Source: Takakia lepidozioides
Lineage: Eukaryota; Plantae; Bryophyta
Assembly (NCBI GenBank): GCA_030704615.1
Contig: CM060733.1
Location: 62,000,001-62,064,000 of the forward strand
Reading direction: 5' to 3'
DNA length: 64,000 nucleotides
This document shows, one piece after another, positions 38,238 to 52,593 of the stretch; the stretch's first letter is position 1; each line of letters begins with the position of its first letter. The notes under the pieces were generated by a model, which was not told the DNA's origin, ran no database searches, and saw only the letters and a list, made by a program, of their open reading frames with translations. The translations under genes and the position numbers were made by a program.

Positions 38238-38444
38238 TAGTGGCGTATGACATCTTGAGTGTATGAAGGATGGAGGGAGCTGGGGTAGACCTAGAAGTCA
38301 TCACTAGTAAGTAGCGGAGAGTCCTCCCCTCCTTTATAGCTTCTCAATTTTGTATAGGCTCTAGCCTCGTCGTAATGAGGGTGGTCAAGCAGTGGGGCTC
38401 ATCACATCTCCATGACTATCAGGAGATAATTGAGATAAGGTTTA

Positions 38445-38730
38445 GGGCCAACTTCCATGTCTCGGCCAAATCGGCCAAGTTATCCAAAGTTTGCCGAATG
38501 TGCACAAATGTGACCTTCACAACAGGTAAAAGAGACATGGTAACCCAGTACAACAGGTGAAAAACAATTACCGATATCGGCCATGAACTCTGGCGCCAAA
38601 TTCCCAAGTATTGCGCTCACCGATGTCGATAACCGATATCTGGGCACCGGCTAAAATGAACGCAAGGAAGCAAGTCGACATTTTTGTCATCTAGTGCCAA
38701 CTTGGCCGACTGATACATGGAAGTTGGCCC
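38445..38730. mobile_element. Tourist-like (PIF/Harbinger) MITE, 286 bp
   Basis: 16-bp perfect TIR GGGCCAACTTCCATGT / ACATGGAAGTTGGCCC; TTA TSD at 38442-38444 and 38731-38733. Confidence 0.9.
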
Positions 38731-39764
38731 TTAGAATTGAAAATGGAAGAAAGAGCAACCATGTAGTCAGTCCATGGCTCTTATTTGAGCGCAGTGGGCC
38801 CGCTGTTAGCAGTACCTCATTAGGCTGAGGCTATACAGAAGTCAGAGGGTCCTTTATATACCCTCTCAGGGCGGGGGTCCGACCCTCTCAAGGGATGGTC
38901 CAGCCTTCTAGAAGGCTGCTCCAACCCCACACCGCCAACCCCCAAATACCCTTCTCCCACCACATGTACTCCCACCATTGACACTTCTACACTAGCTACC
39001 CCGCCTGGGCTCACTAAAAAGTCAGCCTTCTGAAATGTAAAAGTAAACTACAAAGTCCGACTTAGCTTTCCATGTGGTCTATGGCATCCACTCCATATGT
39101 AACAACACCCGTGCCCACCCTCCATAAACAGTGTTTCTAGGATGAGCTCAAGATTCATTTCCAAACAAAAAGATGAGAGCTTCAGGAAAAACCATACCTG
39201 CCAACCACATGATCTGGCCCTGCCCCATGCATCCCATGAGGGCAAGGGGTTCTCTACTGTCACTACTATCTCGTCCTTCCGTCATAATCGCATTACCTTG
39301 AAAAACTCGAGAATTTCCTCACACAAACTTATCCTTTAACATAGAGTAGTTCTAACACACTCAACTCCAAGCTTAGGAAACTCGCTACTTTGCTATGATT
39401 AGCAAACCAGTAGCATGTGCACAAAACTAAGTATGTGGCACAGCAGGTAGAGGGTAGTGAAACTAAGTATGCAAGCATGTTGACTCTATATTAATTGCCA
39501 CCCCATCACTGTTTCGGATAGAAAGCTGCAGGTCAAGTAGGGTAGAGGAAATTTCAAACTGACAACATAAGTGTTTGATCAGATGGAAGCTTGCTCCTTG
39601 CACTGAGCACTCTGCACAAGATTATTTCACCTAATCAATTTAGGTTGCTTCAATAAATTGAAAACCACTCATTGCATTATTGCAAAGTGGGCAGTCTTGA
39701 TAAGTTCGCAAACACTAAATATTCAACTGTACATATGTTACAGGTCGATTGGATGCAGATAACT

Positions 39765-42700
39765 TCACTCTGGTACTTTATAATAGACCTGCAACCGCAC
39801 ATATACATAAACTTAGAATCCACTAGATTTGACAGTCGTGCCAGAGGGCGGAGAGTGACCGTCTATTCAGGCAACAAACAATGGAGAGAAGATCAATTTT
39901 AGGTTTAATAATAAACCCTCATACAAGAGAAACCCTTCCACTCCCCCATTCTACTCTCATTCCGTACGCTTCCCCCCACCTGGTTCTCTGTTTCCTCAAT
40001 AGGCTACACCATGCACATTCTTATACCTATAAAAAGTGGAGGAAAAAGCTTCTGAAAAATAACATTCAGTGCATGCCCACACCTGGCATGTACGGGGAGG
40101 AGATAGAACCAAGAAGGAATTGGGTCGGCAATTGAAATTTGTCTCTGGCTTCCCTGGGACACCCTCAGGGTTCGTGAAGTGATCCACATCATGACCCACC
40201 TGCACCCACCAGCATTCTTGCAAGCCTCAAATCAGAAGTTACCATCCTCTAATAAGAGCACACTGTGCCATTGTTGCTACATTCATTCCTTGCTCCCCAC
40301 TTCTTGAGCCTCGTTGTACAATCAATATCAATAATAAAGGTGGTAGTTGCAGCCTAAGGTGGACCAAAATGAAACACACCATGAGTCCATAAAGTCCAAA
40401 ACATAGATAATAAATTCAAATTGAAAAATAATAGGCTGTTGGAGAGGCGGTTGAATTGATCTAAACCGTTAATTATTGACAGAGTGGACACTGTAGAATC
40501 ATTATTATGAGCGACGATTTGAATCGCCAAACGGATGAATGCCCATCAGTTTCCTTGCAACCTTCAATCCATACCCAAGAAAGACATCCAAAAGTCCATT
40601 GGACTTTGATCCCCCCTTCATCTACGGAAACTAACATGCTTAGCGAATAAAGTTTACTTATTAAAAAAAATTCTAATCATGAGAGACTTTATGGAATGAG
40701 CTTATTTGGAGGCACCAAAAAGTACATAATTTTTTTTCTTTGATGATTGTCAATGAATCTTCTCACTTTACATTCTTCATCTTTCAATGCACATTTGGAC
40801 AAGTCCTTTATAATGTGTTTTAAAATTCCATAATGGCTTTTTAAGGGGACTATAACAAATCCTTATGAACTTCTGAAAAAGTCCATAACTTCTAGCCATT
40901 TGCTTTTTTGGTTGAGACTTGGAATAGGGGAAATATATGTAGTTGAGCCTCCATGGCTTAGTCCCTTTTAACTATTAGCATTGTCATTTAGGAGTATGAT
41001 AATTTACAACTAATCAAGGTCCCAGAAAAACAGTGTTGTGATAGCATTTTTGGTCGACGGTTGGCTGCAACTACCCAGGTCAGCATCAAATCAGTATAGC
41101 CTTCCATTTCCCCAGAAAGTACTATCCCAATCACAGAAGAAAAAATTGGGAAAAGACCGCAAAAAAGGACAATGAGTACGTACCCGAGAATAGCCACTAA
41201 AGTCAGGGTCATCACTATCCAGTGCAATACGATACTTTCCAGGTAAGTCACATCCCACCTTCAATCTGCAATTCAATTTGAAGGATATTTTTCATCCAAA
41301 GTTCACACGAGAATCAGATCAATATCCTGCACAACCCCGCTAATTGCACAATGAGATACATTACATATTCTTTCTGGTTCTGTTGAGAGATACTGAGACA
41401 TTCCAGAAACTTTAAACTGCTACAAGCAGTACCCAGGGCCGTAAAAGCATTACAGAGTACACTTGCTGGTCTATTGGGGCCTCATGATAAGACCCGAATT
41501 TAAATTTCAGTTCCATAAGTAACAATGTACTGCCGAGAAGACATCAAAGGAGGATTCACTTACCCTTCATAGGTTTTGGATGGATGGAAATTGAACACAA
41601 ACACCAAATCACCTCTCTCAAAGATGATGAGCTGAACCAGGGTAGCATACCTCAGTGTCAATACAAAGTTTCCTTGCAAGAAAGGATAAAAAAACTGATA
41701 CACACAGCAAAGGTGTACCATACACCCAATACATGCCAAGCACACAATTAAGCATACCTATTCAAAGTGTTGTTGACATCAGCACTACATGCACAGTAGG
41801 TCCCAAGACTCAAAAATAAGATCAGACAGACGTCATCTATAAGCTGATTGATAGGGCCACCAACCTTGTCCATTTCACTGGTGAAGGATACAATCTGCTT
41901 GGAGGAGCTCAAAAATTTGAACTTCTTGTCCAGTAAATTCATTGCTCTGTCAAAATTGTTCATGAACTGCTCACACATACAGTTAACAGTAAGTTAGTTG
42001 GTTTGTTTCTAGAAACCACACGACATGTGTACAAATAATTGTGTGCCAGGATGACAAAGAAAGAATGAAACATTGTTCTATGCACTGATGCGGAATAGTC
42101 TTATAGCTGCTTGCATATGCCCTTTGAAACACGTACTCAATAAAGTAAACAAATCATAGAGAATTATGGATGTATATCCAACTCGAAGAACCTTGTAGCG
42201 GAGATGGTCAGTGTCCACGAGATCCCATTGCCTACGGCATCTCTTATAAATCCAACCATTGCCTTCTCTTGGAAAGTCAATCCACTCTGGGTGACCAAAC
42301 TACACCACAGTGGCAGCTAGTGAGATCACAGAGATGATAGTTGCCACAATCAATCTCTACAGAAAATATTTGACACTTCATTCTCAGAGCTGTAGGTTAC
42401 TAGAATGTAGTGTTGTCGACTGATGGGTCTACAACGCTGTGACAACAAATTGATCCCTCCATGGTTGCTGCTGAGTGCTTGATAATTGTAATGAACAAAT
42501 CAAGTCCAAGACAAGAACCAGGGATGACATAATCCATGCCACATTTGTGGCAAATCATTACTAGGTTTGATGCCACCTGAGCACCTTAGAAAGGCATTGC
42601 AGCAACCCTCTTCTTGCAGTTGCTGCAGGGAGTTGCACCACTCATTGGCGTTCAGAATATATACTATCTTGAGGTCTAGCAGTGACAAGTACAGATATAG

Positions 42701-44691
42701 AGTTAACACTCCAAAAGGGTCTTGTAGGCTTGCTCCAATCATTGATTAATGATTGAACTAGCCCACTCGTTCACACCCATGCCCATTTTGCTTTATAGTG
42801 TTTCCCCTTGGCCACATCAAATGGCTGCTTTGTTGGAGGATTGATGGAATATTACTAAACACACTTCCCAGCCCCTCATCTACAGCCCATGCCTATATAG
42901 TGAAAGTATAGTCGGACAGTAAACAGAGAGACTTCCAGTATTTTCTCCTTTTGTGCTGCAATGCAGCTCACATGCATTTGTCCAGCTCATGTCTTTTGCA
43001 TAGCGTTAGGTGGGATAAGACAGCTGGTTTCAATCGTTTTCGCATTTCCACCTATTCAAGGAGGCCAAATAGGACAGAGCATGGGTACAGTGCTTTTGTG
43101 GCTGAGGTGAGAGATACAATACCGGATGGTGCCTGCTCACCTCATTTCCCATGAAATTCAAGTAACCCTCGCCTCCTAATGCGAATGTGATGAAGTGGAT
43201 CATCTGCAAAATCAGAGCACTATATTTGTTAGCCAACAACTATCGTCAATAGAATGTACTCATAAGACGTCGTTTGCCGTAGCCTTGTGGCCATTGACCC
43301 CGCGCCCAGTTTGAGCGGAACACAAAGGGACAGAACCTACCTCTGTCAGGGGCTGACGTCGGTAGTAAGACTTACCTTGATATAAAACATTGATCCGGAT
43401 CTCTCTTGGTCAGAAGATTGTGACAGAAGTACTGTTTCTGTCATACTTCCCTTGTTCATATAGTGCATATTAGCAGCTCATAGAACATTACCACTAATTC
43501 GACTTCTTAGAGTCAAGTGGCTGGAAGTAAGCAGTGCCATCGACTTGATTCACGAGTCAAGTGGTTGGTACTAACTTTGTTCTCATTTTCAGGTTGGTTA
43601 AATCTGACACAAGGCATCGGCTACAGTAGACCAGCCAGAAGAGCAATATACATTGATCTGATCATGTAGAAGGTGTACAGATATACTCCAGTATGCTGCT
43701 GCTACAGGGCCTAGCACAAGATATCAGAGATTAGTTCACCATCAAATGTCATGTTGGTTCATTAGGAACCTGCACGGAAGTACCATTCTCCTTTCTGTCT
43801 TTGTAGACCATGTATGTAGTAGTAGCAGATAGTGGAGGGCAAAAAACCCTAATTCCACTTTGGCATAAGAAAGGATAATCCAGAATAGACTATCAAATTT
43901 CTCCTAAGAGAAATATAAGAAACAGATATGTGCTGCTTTCAAAAGTATTAGAGATTGTACTCATAAGATGTTGTTTGCCGTAGCCTTGTGGCCATTGACC
44001 CCGCGCCCAGTTTGAGCGGGAACAAAAGGGGCTGACGTTGGTAGTGTGACTTACCATCATATATAGAATTGATCCGGGTTTTCCAGATATCCTCTAGAAA
44101 TCCCTTCACACAAGCATCGATCTGCTGTGTGTGATTTGCCCAAAAACTAGGCCTCAGGAGGGCCTGGGCTTTTGGCTCAGCCTCGAGACTTTCAAAGTTG
44201 TTAACAGGGGTACAGGCACAATTCCCTTGATAGAATTGAAGAGAGCGTCTCTTTGGTGAGAGAACCCCGGACAGTGTATCAGATAGTGAATACTGTCTTC
44301 AGATTGCCCACACAGCGGGCAATTGCACTCTCCCTTTCCTCTCTGCTTCTGTTTGCTGTTCAAAGGTAGGCTTCCTGCCCTGAGTTTAAATTTCAGTCTA
44401 GTGCCGAGAGTGGGTAGACCCTTGAGGTCATCCAAGATGTCCTCCCCCATGTCACTGACTGGAAACAAGTTCAGGGAAGTTTTCTGCCTAACTTCATTTT
44501 CATCAGACAATCTCATGGCAACAGACATGGCTGAGGACACTACAGCCTCTAAGTCAGATTTATCCAGCAGGGTCAAGACTTGCGGATCCAGGTCCAGGTC
44601 CTTGAGAATCTCTTCTACTCTCCTCTGCCAGGACTTAGCCTGTTTGACAGGGCGGTCCTGTTTCCAAGATATAGAGTCGATTAAAAAGTAT

Positions 44692-44732
<41 letters not shown>

Positions 44733-47700
44733 TACTCATAAGACGTTGTTTGCCGTTGTCTTGTGGCCATTGACCCCGCGCCCAGTTTGAGCGGAAACCA
44801 AAGGGACAGAACCTACCTCTGTCAGGGGCTGACATTGGTAGTAAGACTTACCTTTATACATAGAATTGATTCGGGTTTTCCACATATCCTCTAGAAATCC
44901 CTTCACACTTGCATCAATCTGCTGTGTGTGATTTGCCCAAAAACTAGGCCTCAGAAGGGCCTGGGCTTTTGGCTCAGCCTCGAGACTTTCAAAGTTGGTA
45001 AACAGAGGTACAGGCACAATTCTCTTGATAGATTGGAGGAGAGCTTCTCTCTGGTGAGAGTACCCCGGACAGTGAATCAGAAAATGAATATTGTCTTCGG
45101 GTTGCCCACACAACGGGCAATTGCACTCTCCCTTTCCTCTCTGCTTCTGTTTACTGTTCAAAGGTAGGCTTCCTGCCCTGAGTTTAAATTTCAGTCTGGT
45201 GCCGAGAGTGGGTAGACCCTTGAGGTCATCCATCCATGATATCCTCCCCCACGTCGCAGACTGGAAACAGGTTCAGGGAAGTTTTCTGCCTAACTTCATT
45301 TTGCATCAGACAATTTTCTGGTAACAGACATGGCTTTGGACACTACAGTCTCTAAGTCAGATTTATCCAGCAAGGTCAAGACTTGCGGGTCCAGATTCAG
45401 GTCCTTGAGAATCTCTTCTACTCTCCTCGTAGGAAGAGAGGACTGGAATCTCTTGGCTACCCCACTGCCACTTTGTTGGAGTGTCAAGGTTATAGCCCTT
45501 GCACGGCACTTTGAGAACAGAACGGGACGGGTAGCTCAGTGGTAGAGCACCCCACCGGAATGGGGAGGTCTAGGTTCAATCCCTAGCCCGACCACACGCC
45601 AGTGGTTTTCCAACATGGTATCAGAGCCAAGGTTGGGGCGGTGGTCAGAATGGGTGGGCATTAGCTATAAGGGCTATGCCTTGAGGGGAGTGTTGGAGTG
45701 TCAAGGTTTATAGCCCTTGCACGGCACTTTGAGAACAGAATGGGACGGGTAGCTCAGTGGTAGAGCACCCCACCGGAATGGGGGAGGTCCTAGGTTCAAT
45801 CCCTAGCCCGACCACACGCCAGTGGTTTTCCAACACACTTAAGATCACTTCCTCCCTCTCCTCTGTCGTTGAATGCCACCACTGCACATTTACTGACATT
45901 AGCCTCTAGCCCCCAAAGATCAAAGTATCTCTTCGCGCAATCAATCATTCCTGGAGGTTGGAAGGAGTCTCCCCTATGCCTGCAAAGTCATCCGCAAACA
46001 ATAAGGCTGGAATGGTTGCATCACCCACCCTTAACCCAAATCCCTCACGTTCCACATCCTCGAGGAGTTGATTGATGAAAACATTGAAGAGCAGATGGGG
46101 GAAGGTACATCCTTGAGCTACACCTTGGTCTATGTCAAAGAAGTTAGACTTCTGTCCATTAACAGTGACACAACTTTTGGTGTGAGCATACAAGTTATGG
46201 ACAACTCTCCACATCTTTCCCTTGATCCCACATGACCAGAGGTGGAACCATAGACCATCTCTCCACACTGTGTCATAAGCAAAAGTGGGTTTCCCTTCTT
46301 TTTTCCTTCCCTGGATAATCTGGCTTAGAGTGAAGATATGATCCACACAGCCCTTGTTTCGCCTTGAATTTGGCCTTCGGGGAAACAACCTCTAGATTCC
46401 AGATCAACCTCGAGACGAGTACTTATAACTCTACAAAATATCTTGCCAACAGCATTGAGGAGCGTGACGCCACGGTAGTTCCCCGGTTCTTCTCTGTCAC
46501 CCTTCGTTGTATAGATTGACAATGACCCCCCTGTCGCCAGCGAAAGGGGATCATTTCAGTCTTCCAGATAAGGTTAAAGAGAAGAACTAGGGCCTCTATC
46601 ATGGGATCGCCAACGTGCTTGATAAGCTCGTTTACAATGCCATCAGGTCCTTCAGCTCCGTTTAAATGCTCTATTGCTTCTATAATCTCAGAAGAACTAA
46701 TGGGAGCGTTGTACGCCTTTGACATATACTCCAGTTCATCAGGGTTGTTTTGAATCATAGGAACAGTTTTTCCAACTGTGTTTTTCCATTCTTCAGAGGA
46801 CCCCACACTGTTAGACCTAGAAATTCTGCCAAGGATACTGTAGCGGGTTTCAAAGGTTTTGACAATGTCAACCGTTGAAGTCACCACTGCACCCTTAGTA
46901 GTCTTCAGCGCTTGTACTTGCTGACAGTTTTTCGGCTTGTACAAACGCTGAAGGGCCAACCAGAATCTCTTCTCATTACCACCATGGTGGTTTGAGTTAT
47001 TTCACTGTATAACTTGTCCCAGATTGCGGACCTGGTAGTACCTAGCCCACAATTCCTTGTTGGTTTCCAAATTGTAGCACTCTTTATAGAGGACTCGTCT
47101 CTCAGCTGTCTTGAGTTTAATCTCAATGGTCCACCAATTAACAGCTCTACCACAGACAATTAGTTTCCTCCCAATGATCTTGTCAGCCACAGAGGAGACG
47201 AAACTCTCCCAAGAATCCACTGCTCTTTCGACTTCATTTCTTGCATTGTCAGAGCGAGACTGAAGGTCTTGGAGCGAGTGGACAAAATGAGGGAGAGCGT
47301 CTTGCAAGGCCTGGACATACTCAGCCTTGACCTCTTCATTATGGAGTTTTTCTATGCGCCACTTCCGAATCGAACGCTTCACAGATCTCTTGGTGTTGGG
47401 AAAACACCTTTTGATCTCAGTCCAAACCAGGAAGTGGTCAGAGGTACCAATATTATTTCTGTCGATCAACACACTGGCACTCTGGGGAAACAAATTTTTG
47501 TCCATTATGATATAATCCACAATGGAACGTTCCCCAGTTTGGGCTTTCTCACGAGTCCACTGCACTTGGTCTCCTTTTGACCTATTATTCAAGGTCAAAA
47601 GCTGAAGCTCTTCCAGACAGTTAATTAACCGTCTACCATTAGAATTCAGCTCGTCCTCACCAAAAGGCCCAATGGTATCATCCTGATGGAGACCTTTGCC

Positions 47701-50506
47701 CACCCGGGCATTGAAGTCACCCAATAAAACCACCTGACCTTTGGCAAGGAACTTAGCACAGTCCAGCTTAACGTCTTCGAAGGCTTTGTCAGCGTCAGCA
47801 CTAAGGGTCCCCTCTGTGGGCATGCAGACACAACCCACAAAGAGGTCCTTCGTACTCACGCCGCCCTTCAGTTTCAGTTTTAGCCAAATACTGTGCTCAT
47901 ACCACAAACCCTTGTTGATAATTTCACAATTGTCACACAAGAAATCACGGACAAAGAATCCAACCCCTTTTTGACCACGTTTGGCAGAGGCTGCCTTAAG
48001 AGCGCACATCTTACCTATTTATTTATAACCATTGACATCTCCAACCAGTTTGTCTGGTGTTCCCCATGTCTCTTTTTAGCACAGATATGAATGTCATTTG
48101 CCCGAAGGACTTGTCCCACTTCGAGTTGTTTCCTTTGGTTAGTCAGCCCTGAGAAGTTGGAAGTGCCCAGCTGCAAGCCAGCCCTTTGCATGTGAATTGT
48201 TTGTCGTCTAGGAAGCCTATGGTTGGTCCTGGACGGCCAACCGTTCTGCAAAGGGGGGACAATTACCCCGTGTGTAGATTTTGCTCGTCTTGTGTAAACT
48301 TTGAGGATTGGTAAACCATTCAGAGTACCAAATCCTTCACACGACGTTCAGGCTCAGCACACTTAGGGACAGATTGTCCGTCTGGCTGCTTGGAATCAAC
48401 CTCATCCAGAGCATCCAACCGGTTAGAAACTTTCAAGTTTAGGGTTTAGGGTTTAGGGTTGAGGGACTTTCTAAACAAAAATGTGCTTTCATGCTAGGAA
48501 TTGAGACATTACCTTGTGCAGAGCGATGCCCCGATCGACAATGACTGAAGGGGTTTGCAACGCTGACATACCGAAATACATTTCCTTACCCATCAATAAA
48601 AATGCAAATGTCTGGTCTCCCACAATTGACTGCAATCCACCCCAAACAACCACCAGAATGCACAACTCTCAGCAAATTTTTGCTTTCTCAGCACGAAAAA
48701 ATATCATACATTACCAGATGTAAATCAGGATAAGCAATTACAAAACCCAGGACCTGACAGAAGTAGGGTGTATAATATGCACCTGGTCATGGCTTTCAGC
48801 ATAGCTGACACATTTTTCGGTGTACCTCCGGTTCACAAGAGTGTAGACTATGTCCCCCATCGACCAATCTTCATCTTTCCTATCTTTCAAATACTGAATC
48901 CACTTGTCTGGTATGGCCATAGCCAGACGAAAATCAAAACCCACACCCCCTTCTTCCACAGCTCGGCAGAGTGTGGGCATGCCGGAAACATCTTCAGCAA
49001 TCATTGTAGCATCAGGATAAATACTGTGGATCAAGTCATTTGCGAGCATTAAATATATCCCAGCCTCTACATCGGTTGATTCACTAAAATACTCATGATA
49101 GTTCCCTGTAAAGCACATATTCAACCCATGGTGATGATAAAGCATTGATGTAACCCCGTCGAATCGGAACCCATCAAACTTGTACTCTTCAAACCACCAC
49201 CGCAAGTTCGACAGCAAGAAACGCTGTACTTCCCATGATCCATAATTAAACAGCCGACTGTCCCATAGATTGTGGTAACCTCGGCTCCCTGTGTGGAAGT
49301 AGGAATCTTGTGCACTTTGACCTAAATCAAATCCACTCAACCCGTCTACTGCATTTGTGCTTGCGTGGCTGTGAACCACATCCATCAAAACCCGGAGCCC
49401 CAGCGAGTGTGCTCTATCAATGAGAAATTTCAAATCCTCAGGGGAACCTGAGCGGCTGCTAGCAGCAAAGAAATTGGTTACGTGGTACCCAAAACAGCCA
49501 TAGTACGCATGTTCCATCACCGCCATCAATTGAATGGTATTGTAGTTGTTAGCCTTGATACGGGGTAGGACATTTTCAGCAAACTCCCTGTAGGTGGCCA
49601 CACGTGGCTCCTTGGAGCTCATTCCGACATGTGCTTCATAAATTCGTGGGACCACCGGCTTCGGAGGTCGCGGATACTTGAACTGGTATCTGTCAGCAGC
49701 ACACATCTTCAGAAAATTATCATTTTTTCTCTCAATCTGAACCCTATGGCTGATCCTGACTTCTGGTGGTCATAATCAACTTTCTTCTCTGGTCCCTACA
49801 CACTTATAAATCATGCAATCAAGCCCTACATGTCGCAATTGTACTACCCAGGGACCTGCACATTGCCGCCCTGACCACTGCGCAACCACAGCCATATGTG
49901 TCATATCCACCTTGGGAAGATGGCTACAGTAGCAGTTACATCGATATCCTGCTTTCAAGAACGATGTCAATGCCAGTCCTTCAATCTGTAGTGAATTCAG
50001 ATTGTCATCACCTCTGCTCTAGCATCGACAGAAGAGCGTAAACTCCAGACTTTACATTTGCAAGTGTAGCCGAATGATAGAGTGTGGTCTTAATCTTCTT
50101 ATGGTGCCTCATGAAGTAGCAGTCCATCAAAATCTCATACATAGCTGCTACAAGCCCCCACTGACCTCATCAGGTCGACAGCCGATCTAATGAGTGCATA
50201 CTCACAAACAGTGGCCTATTACAATTGTCCTTGTCACAGTTCCGGACAGAATGTGTAAGCTCAAACATGATGTTGGAGAGCACTCAAGAGGCAAAGAAAC
50301 AAAAAACTTTAGTCAGATTTTCTTCAACCGAGGTGGACAAGCTTGTGAAGACACTTGTTACCAATATTTAACTTTAGCTCTGTCTCTAGCTCACCGGAGG
50401 TAAACCCCACAAGGATCCGCATGAGTATCGAGAACCTCTCAAGAGAAAGACCCAAAGGGGCCATAGGCAGCTGAGTTTAGCACACTTCCAGCTGACTGGT
50501 GACAGG

Positions 50507-50551
<45 letters not shown>

Positions 50552-52593
50552 AATGGATATAAAGCTGGTGGACCTGATGGTATTGTCAACGAGCTTATCA
50601 AGCACGGTGGCGATCCCATGATAGAGGCCCTAGTTCTCCTCCTTAACCTTATCTGGAAGACTGAAATGATCCCCTTTCGCTGGCGACAGGGGGTCATTGT
50701 CAATCTATACAAGAAGGGTGACAGAGAAGAACCGGGGAACTACCGTGGCATCACGCTCCTCAATGCTGTTGGCAAGACATTCTGCAGAGTTATAAGTACT
50801 CGTCTCGAGGTTGATCTGGAGTCCAGAGGTTGTTTCCACGAAGGCCAAGCTGGCTTTCGGCGAAACAGGGGCTGTGTGGATCATATCTTCACTCTAAGCC
50901 AGATTATCCAGGGAAGGAAAAAAGAAGGGAAACCCACTTATGTCTTTTTCCTGGATGTCAAAAAGGCTTATGACACAGTGTGGAGAGATGGCCTATGGTT
51001 CCGCCTCTGGTCTTGTGGGATCAAGGGAAAGATGTGGAGAGTTGTCCACAACTTGTATGCTCACACCAAAAGCTGTGTCACTGTTAACAGACAGAAGTCC
51101 AACTTCTTTGACATAGACCAAGGTGTAGCTCAAGGATGTACTCTCTCCCCTCTGCTCTTCAATGTTTTCATCAATCAACTCCTCGAGGATGTGGAAAGTG
51201 AGGGATTTGGGTTAAGGGTGGGTGATACCACCATACCAGCCCTTATGTTTGCGGATGACTTCGCAGCAGCATAGGGGAGACTCCAACCAATCTCCAGGAG
51301 TTGATTGATTGCGCGAAGAGATACTTTGATCTTTGGGGGCTAGAGGCTAATGTCAGCAAATGTGCAGTGGTAGCATTCAACGACAGAGGAGAGGGAGGAA
51401 GTGATCTTAAGTGGCAGTGGGGTAGCCAAGAGATCTCGGTCCTCCCTTCCTACACTTACCTGGGCGTTGAGTTCTCCTCCAATTGTAATTGGGATGCACA
51501 TATCCGGAAAGTTGTTCAAACTGGCAAGGGCAAAGCTCTGGGGCTCACTAAATTTTTCCACTGCAGAGGGGTCAACTCTGAGGTTAAGAAAACCATGCTT
51601 TGTCGCGTTATTAGACCTGCCTTGGAGTACGGATCTGCTATATGGGTTGATAACTCCAACCAGGCTAAGTCTCTAGAATCCATTCAAGTGGGGGTGCTTA
51701 AGGAGTGTATGTCAGCATGCTCCAAAACAGCCAATGTGGCTGTTCGGGGTGAGTTTGGCATTCCGTCCTTAAGCTCCCGACGAGATGAATTCAAGGTCAG
51801 ATGGTGGGGTCAGCTGCAACATATGCCCAACACCAGATATCCTAAATTAATCGACTCTATATCTTGGAAACAGGACCGCCCTGTCAAACAGGCTAAGTCC
51901 TGGCAGAAGAGAGTAGAAGAGATCCTCAAGGACCTGGACCTGGATCCGCAAGTCTTGACCCTGCTGGATAAATCTGACTTAGAGGCTGTAGTGTCCTCAG
52001 CCATGTCTGTTGCCATGAGATTGTCTGATGAAAATGAAGTTAGGCAGAAAACTTCCCTGAACTTGTTTCCAGTCTGTGACATGGGGGAGGACATCTTGGA
52101 TGACCTCAAGGGTCTACCCACTCTCGGCACTAGACTGAAATTTAAACTCAGGGCAGGAAGCCTACCTTTGAACAGCAAACAGAAGCAGAGAGGAAAGGGA
52201 GAGTGCAATTGCCCGTTGTGTGGGCAATCTGAAGACAGTATTCATTTTCTGATACACTGTCCGGGGTTCTCTCACCAAAGAGACGCTCTCTTCAAATCTA
52301 TTAAGGGAATTGTGCCTGTACCCCTGTTTACCAACTTTGAAAGTCTCGAGGCTGAGCCAAAAGCCCAGGCCCTCCTGAGGCCTAGTTTTTGGGCAAATCA
52401 CACACAGCAGATTGATGCTTGTGTGAAGGGATTTCTAGAGGATATCTGGAACACCCGGATTAATTCTTTATATGGAGGTAAGTCTTACTACCAACGTCAG
52501 CCCCTGACAGAGGTAGGTTCTGTCCCTTTCATTCCCGCTCAAACTGGGCGCGGGTCAATGGCCACAAGGCTACGGCAAACAACGTCTTATGAG

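Larger units (their letters stand above)
45474..45835 (+). mobile_element. TRIM (miniature LTR retrotransposon) with tRNA-like sequences in both LTRs (Helenus-type)
   Basis: LTRs TG..CA at 45474-45615 and 45691-45835; PBS tggtatcagagc 45616-45627; PPT gaggggag 45683-45690; 5-bp TSD CACTT at 45469-45473 and 45836-45840. Empty site ccactgccacttaagatc is seen, reverse-complemented, in the LINE at ~51403-51420. Confidence 0.95.
44693..48439 (-). mobile_element. Decayed LINE (APE endonuclease, RT, CCHC; probably RTEX/L2-like), internally deleted, with a nested TRIM
   Basis: [31 protein letters not shown]; [28 protein letters not shown]; (TC)n tail 44693-44728; deletion junction ~45428. Clade is inferred. 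Confidence 0.9.

Noticed and set aside
40350-40900. AT-rich intronic segment with recurring aagtcca as a MITE
   Set aside because: No TIR pair or TSD could be identified.
45525-45814. Two functional tRNA genes
   Set aside because: They lie within paired LTRs of a TSD-flanked TRIM, with irregular anticodon loops and an acceptor mismatch.
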